DNA of 63,849 nt, filler included, from Platydemus manokwari (Eukaryota), in the NCBI GenBank assembly GCA_037951405.1. It is 6 parts of 6 records of this genome, joined end to end, with 100 filler letters (N's around TTAATTAATTAA, not from the genome) between each part and the next. Parts side by side here need not be neighbours in the genome. Positions count along the whole stretch, not along the records: positions 37,510 to 53,992 come from JBBMOY011170322.1; positions 54,093 to 63,849 come from JBBMOY011209098.1; 4 more parts are not named here. The stretch is one strand, 5' to 3'. Both the position numbers and the translations under genes were made by a program. Below the pieces are notes generated by a model. It was given only the letters and a program-made list of their open reading frames with translations, was not told the DNA's origin and made no database searches. Of this stretch, positions 52,563-63,849 are shown one piece after another; within the stretch, counting starts at the first letter, position 1; every line of letters begins with the position of its first letter.

Positions 52563-53399
52563 TTACTTGCTAAAATTTTAGAAACAAAATTAGTGAAAAG
52601 CAATGGCCAGATTACTATATAAACTGAACTAAGCTTTTAATTATTTAAACAAAACCACCTAATAAACACAATAAGTTAAGAATGTGAAATGGAATTTTTC
52701 AAATATTTATTAATAACTTAAAACTTTAGTTTTAAATTTCGGATCTTTTAGAAATGTGTATGAAATGAATAATTTCAAAATAAAATAACTAAATTATGGC
52801 AAATTTAAGTCTTTAAAAAATAAAAAACCCGAAATTATTTCAAGAGTGCAATTATAAAAGAAGCTACTTAATAGATCAAGTTCCAGGATTAATAAAAATG
52901 TCTAACGTTGAATATTTAAGAATATTATTCTAACTTGAAGTTTAGATTACACACTGCTATTTTCTTATATCATAATGAATAAAAAGTAAGTGATCGCTAA
53001 ATCTGTTTAATGGAATTTATTTTTCGAATATTTTATCAGTGAACAAAGTAAATTAAAAATTAACAATACGATAGTAGAAATACTTACAAATACAGTTATA
53101 ATCATATTATCTTAATAAACAAGTATCAGATGTTGCGGTTCAAATATACACAGCAAAATGAAAATATTGACCAAGACCCGATTAAAAAGTTTCAACTTAG
53201 TAATTTGAAAATTTTCTACTAAAAATCTATAAAATTTTGGTCGGATTTATATTGAGAACAATGGGAAGGGTACTTCCTTAACTATGATTACAAAATAACA
53301 GAAACATTTACGTGGATGAAGTTAGAAAATATTCTCCGCATTTTGATAGGACTAGGTTACAAAATAAGCTGATTATAATGATATATCATCACACAAACA

Positions 53400-53920
53400 T
53401 GAAATTACTTGATTGTTGCGCTGAGTTTGGACATTCATGTGTGAGTTTTTATAAGACAATCCTATAACTTCTCAGAGGCTAGAGCAAGTTGTTGTGATAT
53501 TTGTAGTGAAGGGATTGTTACTTTTTCAAAATAGCTCTATGCCATAAAAGTAAGCAAAAGAACATATTGGAATACAGCTCTAATTTTATTTTGAGGCACC
53601 TCTCATAAGAACGTATTATATTTACAGAAACTTGCGATTAAATGACTTGAGGAAGTTGATATCTGCTCCTCGAGATTTGTTTTTAGCTGTCCATTATGCT
53701 ACTGATTGATGACACATTCTCGGAAAATTTGAACATCAATAATAAATTATTTTTTAAATTTGGTTCTGGCTTCTTTTATAGAAAAATCTTGCATATATGA
53801 TAACTTTCACTGTCTTGTATTACTAAACCAATGAATTTAGTGAGAGACTCTATAATCACTACTTGACTGTTCAATAGATGATTTTATGATACTGTTGTGA
53901 ATCGAGCCAAACAAACTGAA
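53400..53920 (-). mobile_element. Possible Helitron Rep-helicase linker remnant
   Basis: Decayed fragments QIFRECV and NLEEQISTSSSHLI resemble the TFxEAC...LxEA.....QLR region of Helitrons. Confidence 0.3.
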
Positions 53921-53992
53921 AATAACAAATAACAATGAACATTTTAACAATATTTTGTGTTTGAATTAATAATACTTTTATCCGTAGTAATT

Positions 53993-54092
53993 NNNNNNNN
54001 NNNNNNNNNNNNNNNNNNNNNNNNNNNNNNNNNNNNTTAATTAATTAANNNNNNNNNNNNNNNNNNNNNNNNNNNNNNNNNNNNNNNNNNNN
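53993..54092. other. Artificial contig spacer
   Basis: 44N-TTAATTAATTAA-44N. Confidence 0.98.
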
Positions 54093-56339
54093 TTAATTAG
54101 TTATGGAATTATATTTTATTTACAAAGATTAAATTTCTTTTCATCAATAATGGGAACTTGTAGATTGATTAAGCTCAAATCACTTTTATTTTACTTCATT
54201 CTCATTATCTTTTTAAAATAACTAACTAGAGTAGGATAATGATAAAATAATCTAAATTATGTGCCCAATTGATTAGAAATAACTCGTAATACTTTTGTGA
54301 TAACAGTTTTGACAGAACCTTTCATATTTTAAAATGATAGATGACTCGGAAGTTTGAATATATATAAATTAAATTAATCTCAAATCTGCATATCATTGTT
54401 CATATTGCATTCATTTGATTATTTAATTTTGACAGTCTCTTTATGTCTCCGGGAGCATTGAATTAATTTTGGTTTATTTTTAAATGAGAGTCTTTAATTG
54501 CGGTAACGGTTCCTTAAATTACTTAAGTGACTGATTTAATTATAAAGAAGTATGCGCGATTACATTGGGTGAGAAATGTTTAAAATTTATTTAATTGGTT
54601 AAAATAATTGTGATAATAGTTACATGAATGAAAGCTTCAAAATGAAATAATGCAAATAAAAACAGAATATCTTAATGTGATAAATAATAGTGATTTTGTA
54701 TGTGTTGCTTATGCTCGACTTTTATTCGACGTTCTGCTTTTCCCAATTCCAAATAGGTTCATTAGCATATATATTGTTATTAGCATATATAGTGCATATA
54801 TAATGCTATCAACCCACTTTGTTATAAATCATTTTCCGCTGTATTTAATACTTAATTAATAGAATGATTGAACTGCGTCCAATCCATTTAATTTAAGGAT
54901 GACATAAAAATTTGCAATACGATTTATAAAAGATTTTATTTTAACAATATAGAAATTATTTGGAAAATGTGTGTGAATAAAATAATAATATATGTGAATC
55001 CTTTCACTAATCGCATTGGATCCAGTTCAAATATCTTATTAATTAAGTATTAAATACAGCAAAAAATCATCTATAACTAAGAAGGTACGTAGCACTTATA
55101 GCCCAAATCCTTACCAATCTAATCAGTGACCAGGACTCTTGTGTCGCAACCATTGGGAACTTAAAATCAATACTCATAACGCATTATAACCCTTAATTAT
55201 AGATTAAACTAATTATAACCTGGTTATTGTCTCATTTAAATAACAATTTTTATTCTATATCTGTATCATTATCGTACCAATTAATGTCTTTATATTGTAT
55301 TTATTGTAATTGTCGGATTACTGTTGTTTAGTTGGTGTTATAAAATTCATCAGCATGAGTTCTTAATTTATTGAATAATTTTTAATAATTATTTGCACAA
55401 AATAAATCAACACAGTAACAATTATTTGTTTAAAATTTATAAATAGATCACCAATTTACACAGGGATATTAGCTCAATCGGTTGATTTTACAAAACAATA
55501 AATTCAGTGGTCTTGCAGGGAGCGCAAGAACTGTTGTTTCTTTATCAAATTTATAAATGGAGTTTAGAATATGGGTTATGGTGAGAAGATTTTTAATCAA
55601 AATTATTATTTTTGCTTCTGTTTTTCTGATTTAAATTTTTTTATATCTTTGTTCTAATTAGCAATAGTAATTATCAATGATATTTATAGCAACACTAATT
55701 ATATTGTCACAATTAAATGCGTGAAACGATTTACCATCGACTTATATTGAACCTGTGACAATTCGCTAATTTTTAATTTATCAATTACTCTGAAAATTTT
55801 AGCAGTAAAATTTTAATCCTATAAATTTGTCGAGTAAGTAAAAAATAATTAAAAAAATAATTAAAAAATTCTAAATTTGCTTAGAAATATTCTAAAAGAA
55901 AATCATCAATGATTTGCTTAAATAATAAAATAAAAGTTAATAGAATATTCTAGAACGATTCGTTTAAAAGAAAGAGCCCATTTTTGACAATAACTGTCAA
56001 TCTTTTTTGGTCGGAAATCTTCATTCTGCTCAATAATTTTTGTGTGATTTTTCCGACATCCAGTCTTTTTGGTTGCCTTTTATTCTGTATTTGACTTACG
56101 GGTTCTGATCCCTTATTTAGTGTTACTTTGTTATTGTGTTTTGACACGATTCAAATTGTATCTATTGACGAGTCGAACTTGTGATTTTTGTAGTTTAAAT
56201 TCTAATTGTCAGATTTCATTGTTAGTTAATATCCGACAAATTGTTTATGATAAAAATTTAACATTTAAAATTCTTAAATCATATTAATTCGACATATTAA
56301 TATATTACCAATTTCACTTTCTTAATTTTCCTTATTTAA

Positions 56340-56830
56340 TTTTAATTCTTGTAAATAATATATGCATGTTTTTACAACAAAATCATCATTTTTTTACAAT
56401 AAATATCATCAATAATAAAAGTCAATATTAAAGTCAAACAATAAAATCACAAATAGATCATCAAAGGATAAAATCACAAATGAATGCTCAGGTGAATTGA
56501 ATATTTGATAGGAACTCATCGGGATACAATTTGGAACGAATTAGAGGATTCTGTCTTGACCTCAAGCATTCAAACCTGTGATCCATTTCTTCTCTTCTTT
56601 TTCCAGCTCATTTTTTAAACTAGGCCATCGCAGCCAGGTATTATGAACATGAATTTCACTTGTTATGTTTTTATTCCTCAGACAATACTACTTTGTTGTG
56701 GCCCGATATCTTGCCATTTCGGTGTTGGTATTTTTCGTCTTCTATGTACCGTATGAGCTAGAGGTGATGAGTATTTTCCATCTTCTGATGAATTCTTAGA
56801 TTTCCTATCTGAGTAGAACACCAGTATGTC
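56340..56830 (-). mobile_element. 5'-truncated 3' end of a second restriction-endonuclease-type non-LTR retrotransposon
   Basis: Frameshifted DILVF, ITSSSYG, ARYRATTK*Y and FIIPGCDGLV in the order expected for a REL domain, followed by a T-rich UTR-like tail. Confidence 0.4.
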
Positions 56831-58162
56831 TATATTTTCCCAACAAAATACTAAATATATTTTATTTTAATTGCATTCATTGATTTAATTAGAGTCATAT
56901 TGATTTTATATGTATAATTAATTTTCAAATATTCTTGCTGTATTCTGATCTATATTATATCAACTCTAAACTTCCGCAAACCAGGATTTAAATTTAATTA
57001 TCTGAGTATATATCTTATTAGGGGATGTGTTTATCAAGAATCTAATGACCTGAATTAATCACCCTGCCACCCCAATTTCGATGTTCTGGCAAACCAGTAG
57101 TTTCGTTTAATAAAAAATATTTAATAATCCAATGGATATTTTGTCAATGTAGAGTGCATTTTACTTTAATTTAGTTGTATCAAATGGAGAGAGAAATAGA
57201 AAAGAATAAATTGACGTGAATCAGAGGAGGAACTAATAATATTGCCATACGATTTTAATTATTATTTTTTAATAAATTTAATAACAAAATTAATAGTAAA
57301 AATTTAATAATAAATAGAATATCAATCAACAGTATAAATGTCGTCATCAATCAACACAGCGATATCACCACACGATTCGGCAAGTTGACAGTAAATCAGT
57401 AACGAGCAATAAAATTCGACTAAATTGCAAATGTATCGTTGGATATTAATTTCAAAGAATAGAATTCGACGATTGAATTTTAATAAACAATGTGATCTTA
57501 GGAAACTCAAATAATTAAAAACATCAGTAAGTGATTGATTTTTAACAGTGGTTCAATATTGAACACATACATCAAAGATATAATATTACCGCTCAATAAA
57601 AGTATTTAAAAAACAAGTTTGAATCTCCCAATAGCAAATATAGATTTTCCTTTTTTCACAATTCAAATCTGCATCACATAAATATCGGATATTCTCAACG
57701 TTATTATTTCTAATGAATAATGACGATCGAAATCACTGACAAGGTCATTCCATATATTACATATTATCGAAAAGTACAATTATAAATAGAGTGAACTTAT
57801 CAACAAATCAATTAATATAAAAATGTACTTGAATATCAAAAATAAATCACAGGCCACTTTTCATATCAATCACACTCATATTTCGCTCCCAAATCTTTCC
57901 ATTATCACTCAATGATTAAACTAACGAAATGTATTTCATATCAAATAAAGCTCATAAAACAAACTATATGAACAATAATAATAATAATAATGATAATAAT
58001 AATAATGAAAACAATAAATTCAATTTGTAAAATATAATTTTTCAATTCTATTGAATAAGATTTCATTCTTAACTTTACAATAAAAATATTTAATGCTGTT
58101 GTGTAACTGCTATAGCGGCGCTTCCGAATTCTAGAAATGATAATATAGCAGGAGGACATTGG

Positions 58163-61100
58163 CTAAAAATACAACTGGAATCGCGCAACAATCGGTATAT
58201 GATCGGAACCATGATGCTTATTTGGAATGCCACCGAAACTGAAAAACTCATCCGATGTCAATAATTCCAAATACGACACCAATTCCAATCGAGGTAAACA
58301 TTTATCATTGACATGCCGATAAAATATAAAATCTACAGCACACGTGTCAGCATTGGTGAAAGCCGTCACCAATCGGGGTTTGTCTTTAGTGCTGTATTCG
58401 TATACTGATTTCAATTTGAGATTATGGCTAAATAGACCGGTTCCAACGGAAAAATCACACGGATCGATTGAATTTTCCAATACCATTTGATCACTGATTC
58501 CGATTCTTGGAGGCAATTCGTCCAATGGTAACAGCGATTTACTTTTTGCACCCATAAATGATGTTTCATTCTGACCGGATATTTCCGATCCCAACGATTT
58601 ACTGAAATCGAAACTTCCTCTCGTAATAAATTTGATCAAATCTGAATTTGGCTCGCAATTAAAATCACCACAAATGACAATCGGGAAATAATATGCGTCT
58701 GACTGGCGATCTGATTCTAGACAGGTATTGGAAACGGTATCGATTCGTGATAACAGAAGACTTAGTTCAGCAAGCTTAATTTCACCACGATTGGGATTGA
58801 AAAATAGATGAGTATTGGCAATACAGATTTTTTTCTCAGGATTGGCGAATGGACATAAAATAGCAATCTGTCCAACGTTATCAGTTGAAAGAACTCGGAT
58901 TTTACTACTATGAAACAATACTGTTTCGAAAGTTGATAATTCGCAATTAAATTTATTGGTCTTAACGAAAATAGCACAGCCATCGCGCTTCTTGCCAGTT
59001 TTCGGTGAAAAAAATCCCATATATCCTACAATGATACTGATTTCACAGATAATCGATAATTTAGAAAAAAATTGTCATGATAAGATAATTATATTTGAAT
59101 ATTATTTAATTAGAGCCTATAGATTGCCCAATTTACACTCACCAATTATATATAATCGATATTCACATTTTATGAATAATTATATTAGAAATTCCCATAA
59201 ATCCACATCTTGTTCACAATATGAACCAAGACAAATCTCACATATACTTTGTCAATTATTATAACGAGTCTCTATATTTATTATTATTATTATCAATAAT
59301 TATAATTTTAATTAAATAATTAATAATCGATAATAACAAAAGAAAATATGCTAATAAATCCTCAAATGTGGGATAAAGAGTATTTTTATCCAATATATCA
59401 GAAGAATAATATTAATCGATACGTGTTTTTCTGAGAATTTAATGATATCGATTTCGTAATGAAAGAATTTAATGTGATCCCAATGAAATCCAATGCGTTG
59501 CCAATATAAGAGAAAGGTAACCAAAAACGTTGTGTTTATTTCGATTTTTATATTTATTTTCAAAGTGCTATACTATATCATAATTTCTAGCAACGATTTA
59601 TCATTTATGTAACTATTTCTCATGATAATTTTGTTGCATACAATATATTCCCCATCGATTATATTAATCAATCAGTAAACATCGATAAGGCACTTGTTGG
59701 TGAATAAAAGCATAATGTTGATAACCAGATGTAATTATTCATATTCAGTTTTTCTTTGGATATCACCCGTGTTTTTTTTTCAATATCTGAGCTCCCCTAT
59801 TCTGCCGTATTTGGTGATTTAATAAGTAGAAAATACTGTACATCAACGAATCTGGAATCATCAATCATATTTTTCAAACGTTATCAGAACGAAATTTATA
59901 GAGAAATAATAAAATAATGGCGCTTTACAGATATTTAATTGATGGGTACCGAAATACGCCAAAATCAATAATAAAGCATATAAAATTTTTCAAAAAACCA
60001 GACATCAAAACCCTCCTAAAAATAGAATACATAAACAAGACTTATTAATTCCAAAAATAGATAAAATAACTAGAGGGTACTAAAATCAGAACAAAAATAG
60101 TTGGGAACCTAAAATAAATTAAATAAAATATAAAAATAATAAAAAGGATAATTCGTCAAAAATAAGAAAAGAAACAGTATAAAAAGAAGAACACGGTTCA
60201 GAAAACACTCACAACGATTTTGGAAAATGTCCACTAATGGGAAAAACGAGAAATCAATCTTAATCGAATATTTTTAAAAAGCAACGTTATAAATGGCCAC
60301 AAATCATTCTATTATTCTACGAAAACAGTTCACTGACATTATTATTCTGCCACTCAAATCAAGAACTCTTATAGAAGTAGTTCCCTATCGATTATAATTA
60401 AAGAACAAGAAAAGTGAATTTATTTGCAAAGTCGTCCTAAACAGTAATTTTAATTTTCCTTATTTTATCGGATTTAATGTATTTTATGAAGAACATTTTA
60501 TCAAATATTTTAATTGAAAGTGTCTTGGGCCTCGTCGAATCACTCAATCTATCTGCATAGTTGTCGGATTTCGTAGGCCCCAACTATTCTATACTAAAAT
60601 TTGAGGACCTTGAAAACAAAAAACTTCAAAATAAAAATTTTTAAATAAAGAGTCTGGTTATTGGTTATCGATTGATTATTGTTTATTCAATTGTCATATT
60701 ATTTGTAAATTGATATTTTGGTGACCATTAATTGTATAATATTATATTTAATCATGATATATTTTCATTTATACAGTATTCCTCTTCCTAACCGCCACTT
60801 CTCCTACCTGCCAGTTCTGCTCACCGCCACATTTTTTAAAAAATATTTTAATGATTTATTTTTTTATTTTTGTTATGATAACGCTGTTTCAATATTAATT
60901 GTTGATGATAAATATTTCGTTGGACCTTATTTATGGCAAAACTAAAGTGTGTAAAGTTAACTGTTGTTGAAAATATCGAAATTTTGAAGTACATTGAATC
61001 TTATGCTGTATGTTCAGATAACAGAGTAACACAGGTTTTCTCAGGTAAATTTTAGAAAGACCATTCAAGAAGAACAATCAACGATATCAGAAGAAACAAG

Positions 61101-63478
61101 GATTTTTTGGATTCAAAATGCTGATTTTGCACACAAAAATGGTTGGCCAATTCCCGTTTTAAAGTTTAATGTTTTAAACAAAGAATTGTCCGCATGGGTG
61201 GATAGACTTGAAGAAAGAGGTGCGATCATTAAGGATAATACAATAAAAGATAAGGCGGTTCAAATAGCTGATTAAAATGACATACGAGATTTTAAATCCT
61301 CAAGTGGGTGGTTAAGAAGTTTTAAGGAAAAAAAATTGTAGAAGTTAAGAAATCCACACAGTGAATCACATGTCATGTCAATCATACTCCTCCTAACCGC
61401 CACTTTTTGGGGAATTGGAAAAATATGGAGGTTAAGAGAAGTTTTTTTATTAAAAAAAAAGGAGTGGCGGTTAGGAAGAGGAATATTGTAAAAAAGCTCA
61501 TCGTAAGCACCACATTTTTCCAATTCCCCAAAAGTGGCGGTTAGGAGGAGAAAAACTTTATTTAAATTACTTTTATCCTTTCTAATACTGCACCTTTGGA
61601 ATCAGGCACAAAATAAATATTAATATAGCATTAATTTGACGAGATAAATCCTTCTGAAACGCTTACAATCAGCAAAATCAAACGTGATAAACTACTTTAA
61701 TAATTGCAGAATAATGAAAAGAAAAAATTGGAAATCTTAATAGATTTGGTGATATTATTTAATTAATAATTTTCAAGCTGATCACTGATCATCTGAATGA
61801 CCGCAGATACCAATAATTATAATGATAATCATAATTGTCAATGCATTGGAGATGGTACACAAATGATTCTATAATTCTAAATAAGCTGTCAATTATGGCG
61901 TGAAATCCTTAACGACGACATGTTCAAACAAAATTACACATTGCAATTGTGTTTAAATTATTGATACATAAAATTGGTAAGGATGTGTGTGTGTACAAAA
62001 TTACACACCAACACCACCTATCAACATGAAGACAATCTCAATCGAATCTAGAAATTAAAAATACACACTAACCTAATTGAATCATAGCAGGTTCGATATC
62101 TGAAATAAAATGTTCACATTGCACTTCTTGAAGACAGAAAATCTACAAATCAATACCATTAGACGACACGTATCGAGATTTATCGAAAACAAACATCACA
62201 ATTTAATCGTTCAAAATCTTTCCTGATATTGGCCCACCGAGCTGGCCAATCGAGAATTTCCTTATCGCAATGCGTATAAAGATACGAATTGTTCAATAAT
62301 TGATATTGTGCTAAAATGTTGTATGAACCAATTGAAATATCAGTCGATAAATCAGGTATTGTCGGCTTATCTTTTGTGATATAAATTCGATTCTGGAGCA
62401 ATTCTATCATTTCTGAAAAAAACAATAAATCGAAAAATATTACTATCTTCTTATAAAATAATGTTGTATTAATGACAAGAAAAATTAATCGTCATTTGTA
62501 TAATATTTTAATTTGATTGGTTGATAATGTTTACTGCTTAACTCTCATCCGGATTACAAATGATTTCATCTAAAACGAAAAGAAAAAAAGAGTAGACATA
62601 ACTACGAATTCCAAAAATAAATCACAGTAGTACTGTATTTCTTGAGAAATTTAAATACCCAACAATATAAGGGCAATAATTAATGTCAATTATCATCTCT
62701 AATCGTATCGGTTTATTTTTCTTTATATTTATATCTCCAAATTATTAAGAACTCCATTGGTATACCATGAAAAAATAAAATTTTAAATCTCAGGTAAAAA
62801 ATGAATTAAATAAAAATGACATACCAAAATTGATAATCTTCAGATATCAATAGCTAACAATAGATAATTACATGAAAATTATCTGTATCACTTCTTTTCG
62901 TATAAAAAATTGACCCAAAATAATAATTTCATATAAAAAATAATATCCGGATACAATAATTACAAATAATTTATTATCGCGCCATTTAATTAAATATAAA
63001 TATCAATGTTTGAAACAATTCTTCATTTTATAATAAATTAAAAACTTTTTTAATACAGTAAACGAAAAACTAAATGGAACAAAATGCAACTTTGTAACAT
63101 ATTATATTTAGCAAAAACTCTTTAAAGCTTGAATGTATAATCAAAATATGATATCAAATTCGTCATATAGTTTCGACAAGAAAAATAATTACATCAACAT
63201 TTATCAAATCGGCATAATAATATTTATTTAAAAAGTAACTATCAAGTTTACTTAATATTAATATTGTAATACATATGCATAAATTAATAATTACTGTTGT
63301 CTGAAATGAAAGAATTGCGATTTCGCTTAGTAGTAAAACCTAAAATATCTTTTCTCTTTCTTCTTTTATTGCAAATGCTAGAAATAAAAGAAAACCGTCT
63401 GTAAAATCCATCTGAATTAACCTTTAACATTGGTTTTATTTGAAAAGCCAATTTAGAAATAAATAAAATTCTCTGCAT
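58163..63478 (-). CDS. angel: Protein angel homolog (CCR4-family EEP 2',3'-cyclic phosphatase); exons 63478-63295, 62569-62543, 62412-62195, 62142-62073, 59025-58163 (~453 aa)
   Basis: SYNILAQ, LYTHC...LDWPAR, DIFCLQEVQ, DGCAIF, NTHLFFNPNRGEIKLAE, CGDFN, VDFIFY, GSDH. The last three exons are secure; the first two are inferred from phase consistency (total 1362 nt). Confidence 0.88.
60774..61488 (+). mobile_element. pogo/Tigger-type DNA transposon deletion derivative in the angel intron
   Basis: TIRs cagtattcctcttcctaaccgccact and agtggcggttaggaagaggaatattg with TA on both sides. CENP-B-type HTH remnant WVDRLEERGAIIKDNTIKDKAVQIA...FKSSSGWLRSFK. Confidence 0.88.
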
Positions 63479-63849
63479 GAATTACTCATTAATGCCAATT
63501 CATGTGGAGACAACAATCCTGAAAATTTAAATTACCTATTTGAGTTCATAGAGGTGTAAATAATAAATAATATTTTATTATTTCAAATTGTTGACTTATA
63601 AATTAGATTACAAAATTTTAAAACAAACATTTTATAACAAATATTTCATATTATAAAATATAATAACCACAATCATTTTTAAAGAATTAAATTTTTTTAG
63701 TTTACTTAATAATTTATGATAGAGTTTTCATCAATAGCTATAGCTTTATTTCATATCTACTTCAATATTTTATTAGTTGTGTTCAAATACACATATAAGA
63801 TACCGTGGAGTGATCAGCTTTAAATTAATTACTTAAAGTGGATTTTATA

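Noticed and set aside
55463-55540. tRNA-like start gggatattagctcaatcggttga (A-box-like)
   Set aside because: No B box, T arm or acceptor-stem complement follows.
55950-56147. 65-aa basic ORF
   Set aside because: GTG start, upstream stops, and no recognisable family.

Overview
AT-rich eukaryotic (animal) genomic DNA, not prokaryotic. The (ATT)n microsatellites, ~50-nt minimal introns, divergent metazoan proteins and transposon mix fit a flatworm such as a planarian; this is inference only. The window is six contigs (1-9073, 9174-19324, 19425-28372, 28473-37409, 37510-53992, 54093-63849) joined by identical artificial 100-bp spacers (44N-TTAATTAATTAA-44N), so linkage across spacers is unproven. 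Host genes built by hand with phase-consistent GT-AG introns: a BED zinc-finger protein (first coding exon), a minimal CoREST-like ELM2-SANT gene immediately upstream of a complete 12-exon MED14, a 5-exon CHERP that appears to lack its G-patch, and a 5-exon angel-family EEP phosphatase. Several micro-exon genes missed by the ORF track are also proposed. The rest is mostly decayed mobile DNA: R2/NeSL-type non-LTR elements, a CR1/L2-like LINE, Ty3/gypsy pieces and LTRs, and Tc1/mariner, pogo, Merlin, hAT, probable Zator and Helitron remnants. Best leads: (1) an intact, probably retroelement-derived ORF ending in a textbook PAM2 (PABP-binding) motif next to an (AAT)n tract; (2) an operon-like mini-CoREST/MED14 pair; (3) a micro-exon gene for a possible secreted peptide with a retrotransposon in its intron; (4) G-patch-less CHERP. 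No database searches were run; all family calls come from motif recognition by eye.
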